IMG/VR virus record: IMGVR_UViG_3300025154_000052
Span: 1-64,000 of that record
DNA from: a virus
Length of the DNA stretch: 64,000 bases
Direction: 5' to 3' (one strand)
Shown here: piece by piece, positions 46,590-55,950 of the stretch
How positions within the stretch are numbered: position 1 is the first letter of the stretch
Layout: each line of letters opens with the position of its first letter
Program-made: the position numbers and the translations under genes
The notes under the pieces: generated by a model
Told to the model about the DNA's origin: nothing
Databases searched by the model: none
Seen by the model: the letters and a program-made list of their open reading frames with translations, nothing else

Positions 46590-47114
46590 ATGGCGAATCG
46601 AAAGCGGACCACTTCACGCGAGCAGAAACCATGTCTCCATTGCGGAACGATGTTCGAACGCAAGCCGAACGTGGGCATGCCAGTGTTCAACAAGCAGAGG
46701 TTTTGTAGCCCACGATGTGGACGACTATGGAACGAAGCACAGAAGCCTCCGCTGGAGCAGCGAGAGCGAAAGTGCAGCACACGGTACTTTAAGACTAAGG
46801 TTGCTGGTAGGACTATCAACGTGCACCGCTACGTGATGGAACAGAAACTGGGCCGGAATTTGAAACCGGATGAAATTGTCCACCACGTCAACGGGGACAA
46901 GCACGACAACAGTCCGGAGAATCTCGAACTGACCACTGCAAAAGATCATTCTCATCACCATAATCAGAAGCACCCGTTGACATCAACCTGCACGGTTTGC
47001 GGGAATGAGTTCACGCCATCTCCGACGAAGCGAGCCAGGGCGAAGACCTGTAGCCCGGCGTGCAGGGGCAAGGCCATTGGTAGAGCACAGTCTGCCCGCT
47101 GGAGTGCCGAATGA
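46590..47114 (+). CDS. HNH endonuclease with zinc-finger motifs
   Basis: HRYVME...IVHHVNGDKHDNSPENLEL. Confidence 0.88.
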   Translation: MANRKRTTSREQKPCLHCGTMFERKPNVGMPVFNKQRFCSPRCGRLWNEAQKPPLEQRERKCSTRYFKTKVAGRTINVHRYVMEQKLGRNLKPDEIVHHVNGDKHDNSPENLELTTAKDHSHHHNQKHPLTSTCTVCGNEFTPSPTKRARAKTCSPACRGKAIGRAQSARWSAE

Positions 47115-47319
47115 AACAACTTGGATTGGTTCAGGAAGATAAGTTCTAAGGGGTGGAAGCCCTAAAGGTGCGATGTCTTTGCGGGTCAATAGCCAGTAAT
47201 GAGGTCTGGGTACGAGACGGAACCTTTATCGACTGGACGGAGCACCGTGTGATGCCGGTGTCGTGCGATCAGGCTAACGGATGTGCCTGAGTTGAATAAC
47301 TTCCAATGGGAGATCGAGC

Positions 47320-47832
47320 ATGAAGGTTGAACGTTCGACCGTCACAAAGTTGACGATCAAAAACATCCCGCATTTGGATCCGGTGAGTGTCATCCTTGAA
47401 GACATCGGACTACGGCAGGGCAAGGTCATCATCGAGTGCTTCGGGGAGTCGTGGACAGCCAATTGGGGTGGTATAGGAGCCAGGACAGTGCAGCAGTTTT
47501 TCGCGTCCTGCTCGTCTGGCTACCTTGTGGGCTGTCTCGATCGTGGGTGTTCTGCCATCATCACTGACAAAAGCCGGCTCCAGGATTGGCTGAAGGAGAC
47601 GGTTCTGCAGCGACGTCGAGATGGTGATTTCACCCGTCAACAAGCGCGGGAGTTGTGGGACGAGGTCAATGACCGTCGTCCAGATGATGTGGATCACTAT
47701 GACGATCTGATCGAGTCGGTCGTTGGCCCCGAGTGGTGGCATTGCCTGCCACAGTGCGAGAACCCACGATACGTATATCTGACACGCATCGTCAAGGCGG
47801 TACAGGAGGCGATGAATGCGAAAACTGTTTGA
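47320..47832 (+). CDS. Conserved phage hypothetical protein
   Basis: LDPVSVILED...CFGESWTANWGG; GGGAG RBS. Confidence 0.6.
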   Translation: MKVERSTVTKLTIKNIPHLDPVSVILEDIGLRQGKVIIECFGESWTANWGGIGARTVQQFFASCSSGYLVGCLDRGCSAIITDKSRLQDWLKETVLQRRRDGDFTRQQARELWDEVNDRRPDDVDHYDDLIESVVGPEWWHCLPQCENPRYVYLTRIVKAVQEAMNAKTV

Positions 47833-47881
47833 TGTGTGCCGCCATGGTGTCGGTGCTGATTTTGATAATCGTGAGGTGAGT

Positions 47882-48250
47882 ATGAGTCTGATCGAAACAT
47901 GGGAAGCCCGGACACGCGACCCAATGACGTCCGTCGAAGAGCGGCAGCAGGTCACGCGCTGCATTGACGACCTCGAGGATGCCACTACGCCCCGCGCCCC
48001 GCGTCCGGAGTGGTTTGAGCAGTGGGATGCGTGGTGGTTTAAGGACATAGGGGTGCTCCTCGATGTTGAATACGATCGGAACGGCATATCCGGAGGCACG
48101 CGGGAGAGTTGGATCTATGGGACATGGGACGATGGCGCCCGGGTTGGATTTCCTGCTGACAGGTGCACAGCCTGCATCCCCGTTCGTCGTCCGCCAGATC
48201 CCCCGGCGATGGACGTCGGTTGGGGCGTGGTTGGAGGGGTGAGATGCTGA
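47882..48250 (+). CDS. Hypothetical protein
   Basis: GAGGTGAG RBS before ATG at 47882. Confidence 0.5.
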   Translation: MSLIETWEARTRDPMTSVEERQQVTRCIDDLEDATTPRAPRPEWFEQWDAWWFKDIGVLLDVEYDRNGISGGTRESWIYGTWDDGARVGFPADRCTACIPVRRPPDPPAMDVGWGVVGGVRC

Positions 48251-48618
48251 CGACGGCTCATGCGCAGATCGGCACCATGTACCGGCTACCGCCCTCTCGA
48301 CTCGAACGCATCGAGTCGGAGGTAGAGGTTTTTCTGTCGCGGTTTTCAAGCGTCGTTGCGGCTGTGAAAGACACTGGAGGAATGGGGTTGTGTGAGTTCT
48401 ACTCACGCTCGCTGGCCGCATGGCTCAGGCATCGCGGTCACTCTGCATACGTAGCATGGGTGACGCGTGAGCAGGTGTCATATCCGTATGATGTCGCGGT
48501 GAACGGTGATCCAGAAGTAGACCACTACATCACTGTAGTTGGTGATGTACGAATAGATTTGACCGCACGCCAGTTTGATAGCCTCGCCCCGTTTCCGATG
48601 GTTTGGAGGACAAGATGA
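48244..48618 (+). CDS. Small papain/transglutaminase-like Cys-His-Asp protein
   Basis: GLCEFYS, DHYITV, IDLTARQF in catalytic-triad order. Confidence 0.5.
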   Translation: MLTTAHAQIGTMYRLPPSRLERIESEVEVFLSRFSSVVAAVKDTGGMGLCEFYSRSLAAWLRHRGHSAYVAWVTREQVSYPYDVAVNGDPEVDHYITVVGDVRIDLTARQFDSLAPFPMVWRTR

Positions 48619-48938
48619 AAACACACATCGGCCCGTTTCCGCCCAATGACGGCAAGGAATGGGATTACCAGTGCGCCAGGTGCGGATCTACTGCTGACTT
48701 CCTCGAGTGCGAGGCGTGCGGAGGGGAGGGCGTATCTGGTCACGACTGCGGAGAGGATTGTTGCTGTTGCGAGGACCCTGAGGACAACATCCGTTGCGAC
48801 ATCTGCAACGGTGCATGCGGTTGGTATGTCTGTCTATCCACTGAGGAATGGTGCGAGCAGAATCCGTATACCGATCCACCCCGGGGGCGAGGGCAGATCG
48901 AGTGGTTTTGTCTGGCAGAGGAGGATAGCTACGAATGA
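48615..48938 (+). CDS. Cys-rich zinc-finger protein
   Basis: CARC, CEACGGEG, CDICNGACG; ATGA overlap. Confidence 0.55.
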   Translation: MKTHIGPFPPNDGKEWDYQCARCGSTADFLECEACGGEGVSGHDCGEDCCCCEDPEDNIRCDICNGACGWYVCLSTEEWCEQNPYTDPPRGRGQIEWFCLAEEDSYE

Positions 48939-49420
48939 AACACCTTCGAGACATGACCCCATGCGACCTATCGGAACTCGCCACACTCGACCCGGAGACC
49001 CCGGACGGGCGGGCGACGTTTAACCGCCTGGCGCATGAGATGAGGGGGCTACCGGACGCCGTTGTATGCCCAGAGTGCTTGGGCGTCGATTGGGATGAGC
49101 ACGAGGTGGAGTGGGACGATGGGTCAACCTCATGGCGCGATGCGTGTAGTTGCGCCCGGAATGAGGTAGGAGGCTACATCGTCGCCCCGATCCTCGACCT
49201 CTGCCACCCGGGTCCCTTCGACCCAGAGCCCGTCGTGGCAGCGGTGAGGGCGTGGACGGGGATGGACCTTCATCTCGAGATCGAGATCAACGGTCACGGA
49301 TACACCTTTGCGCGGTTTGTCAACGTCAGTGAGTCCGACTGGCAGACATCTCGCCACATGGCCCACGCCTGCATCTACGCGGGCATCATCGCCTGCGTGG
49401 TTTACGGGAGGGTGGGATGA
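48935..49420 (+). CDS. Hypothetical protein
   Basis: ATGA overlap; 161 aa. Confidence 0.5.
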   Translation: MKHLRDMTPCDLSELATLDPETPDGRATFNRLAHEMRGLPDAVVCPECLGVDWDEHEVEWDDGSTSWRDACSCARNEVGGYIVAPILDLCHPGPFDPEPVVAAVRAWTGMDLHLEIEINGHGYTFARFVNVSESDWQTSRHMAHACIYAGIIACVVYGRVG

Positions 49421-49776
49421 AGCCCGACACATGTAAGCACTTCACCGGCGTTCAGCATGACCGATGTGAGAGCGGTATTCGGTATCAGGAAGTGAGAGAC
49501 TCGAGCGGACCCGGTGCCTACCGGTGGCCATGCCTTCCGCCACATACGCCGGGCACGACATGTCAGACGACGTGTACCGCTCGGGAGTATCTGACACAAG
49601 CAGAGGTGTCCGCCTTCGACACGCAGGTTGAAGCGGCTGTCACTGCGGCGCTTTCCGCACTCGCGGACGGTAAGTGCCCGCACTGCGGCAACCCAATCGA
49701 GAGTAAGCAGCAAGTCGGACCGTGTGTCTATGCCCGTCCCTGCGGACACCGGATACGCCAGGGGACGGCGGCGTGA
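49417..49776 (+). CDS. Cys-rich hypothetical protein
   Basis: ATGA overlap; CPHC...PCGH. Confidence 0.55.
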   Translation: MKPDTCKHFTGVQHDRCESGIRYQEVRDSSGPGAYRWPCLPPHTPGTTCQTTCTAREYLTQAEVSAFDTQVEAAVTAALSALADGKCPHCGNPIESKQQVGPCVYARPCGHRIRQGTAA

Positions 49777-49967
49777 AGATCCAACCCTGCCGTCACTGCA
49801 ACCACAAGCCCACGTTGCAGAAAGTCGCTGGTCCGTCAGCCTCCGGGCTCTGGTACACCTACGTCTGCCGGTGCGGAGCGACACCGGACGTGTACGACGG
49901 TACCCGGCTCGAAGCGATCGAGCGGTGGAATGCCACGCATGGAGAAAGGAGTGGAGCGAATGACTGA
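49773..49967 (+). CDS. Lar-like restriction alleviation zinc-finger protein
   Basis: PCRHC...CRCGA...EAIERWN matches the Lar-family pattern; GTGA overlap. Confidence 0.65.
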   Translation: MKIQPCRHCNHKPTLQKVAGPSASGLWYTYVCRCGATPDVYDGTRLEAIERWNATHGERSGAND

Positions 49968-50253
49968 ATTCAGCAGCCGAGACCTGATCGACGCCCTGCG
50001 TCGTCTTCGTGACGTCAACGACCACGTCATGATCTACGTCGGACCCATCAGCGTAAACGTCCACCTGTACCCGTGGCGCGGTTGCCTGTCGTCGCTGTCG
50101 GTAGGTCCTCTCAGTGTCTGGTTCTGGCGTATTCACGAGCCCGGACGCAGACTCAAGTGGTGGTGGGAAGGGAAGGAGTTGAACGTTCAGGTCCGTTCAT
50201 GCCGGTTTGACAACGTCAGCCGCTGCGCGGCGCGCGCGGGGAGGGGGAGATGA
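49960..50253 (+). CDS. Hypothetical protein
   Basis: GGAG RBS; coupled to the previous gene. Confidence 0.45.
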   Translation: MTEFSSRDLIDALRRLRDVNDHVMIYVGPISVNVHLYPWRGCLSSLSVGPLSVWFWRIHEPGRRLKWWWEGKELNVQVRSCRFDNVSRCAARAGRGR

Positions 50254-50588
50254 AACCGCCCAGCCCGGCTGCAGCATACGCCATCCTATACCCGCAGTTG
50301 GCCGAGATCGCACGCCATCATGGGTACACACTGGCTATCCACGGGTCGATGACTCGAGATCTGGATCTGATCGCTGTCCCGTGGGTGGACGACGCAGGCG
50401 ACCCGCAGGCGCTGGTTGCTGCCCTGACGGCCGAGATCGGCGGGTACGTGATCGGCAACACCAGGACAGCGGGTACAATTCCCCATCGAATTAAGCCCCA
50501 TGGACGCCGCGCATGGACGATCCACTGGGAGGCGAGTGGCGAGCACTACATCGACCTGAGTGTGATGCCCAGGTTGGAGGTGAGATGA
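50250..50588 (+). CDS. Small phage protein with nucleotidyltransferase-like GSxxxDxD motif
   Basis: LAIHGSMTRDLDLIAVPW. Confidence 0.55.
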   Translation: MKPPSPAAAYAILYPQLAEIARHHGYTLAIHGSMTRDLDLIAVPWVDDAGDPQALVAALTAEIGGYVIGNTRTAGTIPHRIKPHGRRAWTIHWEASGEHYIDLSVMPRLEVR

Positions 50589-50986
50589 TTTGCGAATGCG
50601 GACAACGATTGTGCATGCCTGGGATTTTTCTGGGACAGACAGCACTATTGGTACCTATCGTCCAATTTCAGTGCCCGGCAGGGCATGTCACGCGAGTTTC
50701 ACTGGAGACCATGCGGCCCTACAATGCGCTACGCAGCGAGGTATTTCCCGCCCCGCGTGGCCAGTACAAGACTTGTGCAGACGGGCCGGTGTTCACCTGT
50801 CCTCTCTGCCCGCAAGGACTGATCCCTCTTAAACTCCCGGTGCACACCGTCCATGCTGACGGGAGGGTTACGCCGAGTGTCATTTGTCCGCAGGGATGCG
50901 GATTTCACGCCTACGTGACGCTGTCCGACTGGCGCCCACTCAGACTCGATGGTGAACCGTTAACCTTGGAGGACCATCATGGATGA
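50585..50986 (+). CDS. Cys-rich hypothetical protein
   Basis: CECG, CPLC, TPSVICPQGCGFH. Confidence 0.5.
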   Translation: MICECGQRLCMPGIFLGQTALLVPIVQFQCPAGHVTRVSLETMRPYNALRSEVFPAPRGQYKTCADGPVFTCPLCPQGLIPLKLPVHTVHADGRVTPSVICPQGCGFHAYVTLSDWRPLRLDGEPLTLEDHHG

Positions 50987-51464
50987 CACCCTGGCCCGCG
51001 CCGGTTGGCGCAGATGCCCAGACAAGGACATCATCAGATCGTGGGAGAAACCAAAGTCCGAAGGTGGACCAGGCGGGACCTGGCAGTGGATTGGCGAATG
51101 TGCCATCCCACAGTACGACATTAGTGGGTTGACGCCGTCAATGCGCGCAAGGATTCTTGTTCGTCCAGTCCATCCCGATGCCGGGTGGGATTACTGCCCC
51201 GAAGGATGGGGAGCACCTGCACCGGTCGCGACTGTCCAGGACCTCGGCAACGGCGTCACACTCACGACGACTGTGCAGATTGTCCCGTGCGCCGTTGTTC
51301 CGACCGAGCAGGGGTGGTGGTGGAGGCGGGACCGGGATGACCCGGTCAAGGTGTTCGCAACTGCCAACGGCGCGCTCCACTGGGCGCTACCTGACCACGA
51401 TTGGCGATGTGGAGTCACTGACGACGGGCAGTGGCTCGGACCATGCGTCAAGCCGGGAATGTGA
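50979..51464 (+). CDS. Hypothetical Trp-rich protein
   Basis: GGAGG RBS; 161 aa. Confidence 0.5.
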   Translation: MDDTLARAGWRRCPDKDIIRSWEKPKSEGGPGGTWQWIGECAIPQYDISGLTPSMRARILVRPVHPDAGWDYCPEGWGAPAPVATVQDLGNGVTLTTTVQIVPCAVVPTEQGWWWRRDRDDPVKVFATANGALHWALPDHDWRCGVTDDGQWLGPCVKPGM

Positions 51465-51488
51465 CACAAGGATAGGAATGGAGACGCT

Positions 51489-52040
51489 GTGCGGATACGA
51501 TTCAGGCGGATGCGGCCAGGCGCGATGGTTCCCACGAGACAAACGGAAGGGTCTGTCGGGTATGATCTTCATTTCTGTCCTGCTGATGGGAAGCCGGTAA
51601 CTATTCCGTCAGTGTGGACGTCTGTCTTCTGTTGTGTCGCTGGAATGGTCCCTACCCTGATCGATATGCGGCACAGTATCGAAGTGATCGGCCAGGTCCG
51701 CAAATACTGGCTTGATCGTTTGAAAGTCGGATCCACTCTCCTGTCTACTGGCATCGCCGTTGCAATCCCGCCAGGTTACGAAGGTCAGGTAAGATCCCGC
51801 TCTGGCTTGAGTTACAAACACAGTCTGCTTCTGATCTGTGGTGCCGGTACCATTGATCAGGACTATCGAGGGGAGATCTGTGTCCCGCTACTCAATCTTG
51901 GGCCTGTCCCTGTAGTTCTCCAGCCAGGTGAGCGTATCGCTCAGGTCATCATCGCCCCCGTGCTTACTCCGGAATGGGTGGAGGCGGATTTGGACGATAC
52001 CGCTCGGGGTAAGGGCGGATTTGGCAGCACCGGAATGTAG
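51489..52040 (+). CDS. dut: Trimeric dUTPase with an insertion between motifs I and II
   Basis: GYDL, RSGL, GTIDQDYRGEI, ERIAQ, RGKGGFGSTG. Confidence 0.95.
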   Translation: MRIRFRRMRPGAMVPTRQTEGSVGYDLHFCPADGKPVTIPSVWTSVFCCVAGMVPTLIDMRHSIEVIGQVRKYWLDRLKVGSTLLSTGIAVAIPPGYEGQVRSRSGLSYKHSLLLICGAGTIDQDYRGEICVPLLNLGPVPVVLQPGERIAQVIIAPVLTPEWVEADLDDTARGKGGFGSTGM

Positions 52041-52046
52041 GGGCTG

Positions 52047-53801
52047 ATGATACCGCGTGAGATCATCGACGAAGTCCGGAATCGGATCTCCATCGTGGAG
52101 GTCGTGGGCCGTTATGTGGGATTGCGCCAAAAGGGTAAATCTCACTGGGGTCTGTGCCCGTTCCATACCGAGAAGACCCCTTCCTTCCACGTCAGCGACC
52201 TCAAGCGGATGTTCTACTGCTACGGCTGTCAGGCGGGTGGCGACGTCTTCAAGTTCGTCGCTCAGATCGAGAGTGCTTCCTTCATGGAAGTGCTTCAGGA
52301 CCTGGCCCGCCAGTGCGGCGTTGAACTCCCGCCAGCGTCCCCGCAAACGCAGCGCGTCCAGACTGAGCGTGAGCAACTTCTGAGCCTGACAGAGGTTGCT
52401 ACCAGTTGCTATGAGCGTGGCCTGGCCAGGTCGCCTACTGCACGAGCGTACCTCGAGCGGCGAGGAATACCGCCCGAGATTGTAAAGTCGTTCAGGCTGG
52501 GCTATGCGCCTCCGGGATGGGAGAACCTACATCGATACTTCGCCCGCCATGGACACTCGGTTGATGGTGGTGTCAAGACCGGGCTGCTGGTACGTCGTGA
52601 GGATGGCAAAGGCTGCTACGACCGGTTCAGGGATCGGATTATTTTTCCCATCTTCAACGTCTCCGGGAAGGTAATTGGATTCGGTGGGCGGATACTGGAC
52701 ACAGGCGAGCCAAAGTATCTCAACTCGCCTGAGAGCGTCCTGTTCAACAAGTCGAACGCTCTGTACGGGCTCGAGCAGGCACGGCGAGTCATCGCTCAGG
52801 AGGACTGTGCAGTCGTTGTGGAGGGCAACATCGATGCACTGTCGTTGCATGCGGCTGGTATCCGTCATGCTGTGGCGACGTGTGGTACTGCCCTGACGAA
52901 AGGGCATCTCCGGACGCTGAAGCGATACACCAGGCGGGTGCTACTCGTCTACGACGGTGATCGAGCTGGCCAGGCGGCGGCTGAACGTAGCCTGCCGATG
53001 TTTCTGGATGAGGACCTGTGGCCGTACTTCGTGTCACTACCTGTCGGTCAAGACCCGGATGACATAGTGCGTGCCGAAGGTGGAGACAGGTTCAAGACAC
53101 GGCTTGCTGGGGCTGTACCGCTGCTCGAGCACGTCATAGCGGTACATGCTAAGGGTGCAATCTCGTCGCCCATGAAACGTGAACAGGGATTGCGCGAGGT
53201 GATACCTCTCCTGGCCCGTCTGGCGGCTGAGCGGTGTGACTACTATGTCGGCTATACTGCGCAACTCTTCGGTGTCCGTGAGGAGTCGATACGCACGCTA
53301 CTGAGTGTTCAGGGTCCACGACAAGCGCAAGACATCCCTATCACGGCCAATCAGACACCCCTACCTGTGCAAGAGGAGTGGCTATTACAGTGGCTGCTCT
53401 GCTGTCCTGAATGCACTGAGACGGTGGACGAGATCAAGGTCATTGACTTCGTGTCTGATTGGCGTGTTCAGAAGATGGCTCGATGGATCGTCCGGCAACG
53501 ACTAGCCGGCAAGGTAGTCGAGTCGTCAACTTTTCTGGAGATGGTCAGGGACCAGGAAGTCAAGCAGCGACTGATTGAGTTGATCATGGAGGGTGTTGGA
53601 GATGGGGATGATCGACATTTTGAACAGATGGTTCTACGAATCAAACTAGCACGACTCCGACAGATCTCGAGCGAGGCTCAGGGTGAGATTCAGACGGCTA
53701 GTCGGGGTGCTACCCAGGAACGGATACTTGAGTTGATACAGCACAAGGTGCGGGTCGATCGAGAGGTTGCGGCAGTGCAGCGGATGCTGAAAGGAGACTG
53801 A
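52047..53801 (+). CDS. dnaG: DNA primase DnaG (full-length, bacterial type)
   Basis: CPFHTEKTPSF zinc finger, DRFRDRIIFP, KYLNSPE, EGNID, DGDRAG. Confidence 0.96.
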   Translation: MIPREIIDEVRNRISIVEVVGRYVGLRQKGKSHWGLCPFHTEKTPSFHVSDLKRMFYCYGCQAGGDVFKFVAQIESASFMEVLQDLARQCGVELPPASPQTQRVQTEREQLLSLTEVATSCYERGLARSPTARAYLERRGIPPEIVKSFRLGYAPPGWENLHRYFARHGHSVDGGVKTGLLVRREDGKGCYDRFRDRIIFPIFNVSGKVIGFGGRILDTGEPKYLNSPESVLFNKSNALYGLEQARRVIAQEDCAVVVEGNIDALSLHAAGIRHAVATCGTALTKGHLRTLKRYTRRVLLVYDGDRAGQAAAERSLPMFLDEDLWPYFVSLPVGQDPDDIVRAEGGDRFKTRLAGAVPLLEHVIAVHAKGAISSPMKREQGLREVIPLLARLAAERCDYYVGYTAQLFGVREESIRTLLSVQGPRQAQDIPITANQTPLPVQEEWLLQWLLCCPECTETVDEIKVIDFVSDWRVQKMARWIVRQRLAGKVVESSTFLEMVRDQEVKQRLIELIMEGVGDGDDRHFEQMVLRIKLARLRQISSEAQGEIQTASRGATQERILELIQHKVRVDREVAAVQRMLKGD

Positions 53802-54514
53802 TGAACATCCCTCTAGGACTTCGTGTCCCCAGGGGCGAGGCATGGCGCTTTGCTGACCTGATGATGAAGGAACTTGCACCTCACTGCGAGCGCATACAGG
53901 TAGTGGGCATGCTACGCCGGCACGGTCCGAAGAATGGGGGTAATCAGTTCCAAAGGTGGGTGGATGGGATCGACTTACTCATCATCCCAAGGATGGCGCT
54001 TTTACCTACCGGGTTGTATGCCGCAGGAAAGCCGATACTGACTCGACAACTGGCCCCAGTTGCATGGCTTAACGACGCGGTGCTTAGACGGTTGGTGAAG
54101 GTGCTGTCATGGGGCGATAAACACCTGTTGTTCAAGTACAAGTGGGCGCAGATTCGAGTATGGATGGCGGACGATCAGAACTGGGGACATCAGATGGTAG
54201 TCCGAACTGGGTCAACCCGCTATGTCGCTTGGTGGTACCTCAGAGCATTGAAACGGGCGGGCTATACGATCAAGGATGACTACGTCCGTAAGGGCAAGAC
54301 CATCATCCCTGTGGAGACTGAAGAACAGGCGTTCTCGCTGGCTGGTATGCCGGTGATCGATCCAGCCGATAGGAGACCCAACCTGTACAAGCCTAATCCT
54401 CGAAAGAAGAATCCTGGTCCCCGCAAACGCAAGAAGGTGCCCGTCAAGAAGGTCATTAAGAAGGTCGTCAAGAAGGTTCCAAAAAAGAAGAAGCGTAAGA
54501 AACAATTAAAATAG
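53801..54514 (+). CDS. Truncated family X DNA polymerase-like protein with basic tail
   Basis: VGMLRR, GIDLLII, RTGS, VETEEQAFSLAGMPVIDPADR; Lys-rich C-terminus; catalytic aspartates look altered. Confidence 0.75.
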   Translation: MNIPLGLRVPRGEAWRFADLMMKELAPHCERIQVVGMLRRHGPKNGGNQFQRWVDGIDLLIIPRMALLPTGLYAAGKPILTRQLAPVAWLNDAVLRRLVKVLSWGDKHLLFKYKWAQIRVWMADDQNWGHQMVVRTGSTRYVAWWYLRALKRAGYTIKDDYVRKGKTIIPVETEEQAFSLAGMPVIDPADRRPNLYKPNPRKKNPGPRKRKKVPVKKVIKKVVKKVPKKKKRKKQLK

Positions 54515-54589
54515 AGATTGAATGATACGTGCTTTTGTGATACGCTGACCTATGCTGATTGCTGTCTTACCTACCAGAATGGAGTGGCT

Positions 54590-55702
54590 GTGGAGTTCTA
54601 CATCACGAAGAAAGTGTTTGAGCGGGCACTGGCTGAAGTAGTGCCTTTCATGGACATCAAGAATACCATCTCCAGGTTGTCGATGGCGCGGCTCGAGTTG
54701 AGCCAGGATGGTCTGACGATATCGGGCACTGATATGGAGATGGGATTCTCGAATCGGTACGAGGCCAGGTGCATTCTCCCCGGCGTCCTGCTTCTCGGTG
54801 GACGCCAATTGCTCGAGATCATCAAGGCTCTTCCCAACAAGGAGGTTCACGTCCGGGAGCTCGACAACTGGTGGATTGAGATCGTCTGCGGTAAGAGCTA
54901 TTTCAAGTTGGCTGGCCTGGACTCTACAGGCTATCCGGAGAGTCCAAAACTGGCCGGCGAGGATGTCACGCTGCTCAGCATTGGCGCCTCCAGGCTGGCT
55001 GACATGATCGATGATACCATCGTCAGTGTGGCCACCGATGACTCACGGTACGGGCTCAACGGCGCCTTCCTCGAGTCCGGCAACGACGACGACAAACACT
55101 TCGTCCGCATGGTGTCCACGGACGGACACCGGCTGACGCTCTACCACTCCGCCATGGACGCGCCGACCGGTGAATGGCTGCTTCCCCGCGTCGGCTTGAA
55201 ACTGCTCCAGAACTGGCTGCGTGGTGTGTCCGCCGATGTGGAGTTGTGTCTCGACTCCCGGACGCTCTCTATCAGACACGGGGATGTGTGCGTATGGATG
55301 CGGCTGTTGGAAGGCGACTTCCCCGACTATCGCCAGGTGATCCCTCAACGGTTCACCCGCACCGCTGAAGTGTCTCGAAGCGATCTCCTGTCTTGCATGA
55401 AGCGGGTAGCGCTTCTCTCGAGCGAGAAGACCCACTCGGTGAAGATCGAGTTGGGTGATGAGGGGATCATCGTTTCGACATCCAACCCGGATCTGGGGGA
55501 GTGTCGCGAGTCCGTTGACGCGACAGTATCGAAGCCTGATGGCGGGTTCTCCATCGGCGTGAACGCTCGGTACATGGTGGATCGACTCGCCAAGAGCACC
55601 GCAGTCCAAGTGACGCTCCGACTCCAGGATTCACTCAACCCGATCACCATCGTCGATGGCTCCGACACGATCGCAGTGATCATGCCAATGCGGCTTGACT
55701 GA
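54590..55702 (+). CDS. dnaN: DNA polymerase III beta sliding clamp
   Basis: GTDME, RYGLNGAFLE, VSTDGHRL, RLLEGDFPDYRQVIP, VIMPMRL. GTG at 54590 after GGAG. Confidence 0.95.
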   Translation: MEFYITKKVFERALAEVVPFMDIKNTISRLSMARLELSQDGLTISGTDMEMGFSNRYEARCILPGVLLLGGRQLLEIIKALPNKEVHVRELDNWWIEIVCGKSYFKLAGLDSTGYPESPKLAGEDVTLLSIGASRLADMIDDTIVSVATDDSRYGLNGAFLESGNDDDKHFVRMVSTDGHRLTLYHSAMDAPTGEWLLPRVGLKLLQNWLRGVSADVELCLDSRTLSIRHGDVCVWMRLLEGDFPDYRQVIPQRFTRTAEVSRSDLLSCMKRVALLSSEKTHSVKIELGDEGIIVSTSNPDLGECRESVDATVSKPDGGFSIGVNARYMVDRLAKSTAVQVTLRLQDSLNPITIVDGSDTIAVIMPMRLD

Positions 55703-55950
55703 TGCCATGTAAAGACTGCTGCACTATCTACCATCGGTGGATCGGCCAGGCTCGAGAGTGGTCCCTCACCCATGGGCAAGACTTCTGGAATCTCCTGCTG
55801 GTTCGAGACCGCGTCTACCTGCATGAGATCGGTGGACAGCGGTGGATTCGAGGCGAGTGGAATGGTCGCGCATTGACAATGGAGTGTGCGCCATCTCTTC
55901 GACGGATTGTCCGTCAAGCACTGATGGAGACAGGGAATGAAGCCATCTGA
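55702..55950 (+). CDS. Hypothetical protein
   Basis: TGATG overlap; 82 aa. Confidence 0.5.
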   Translation: MPCKDCCTIYHRWIGQAREWSLTHGQDFWNLLLVRDRVYLHEIGGQRWIRGEWNGRALTMECAPSLRRIVRQALMETGNEAI

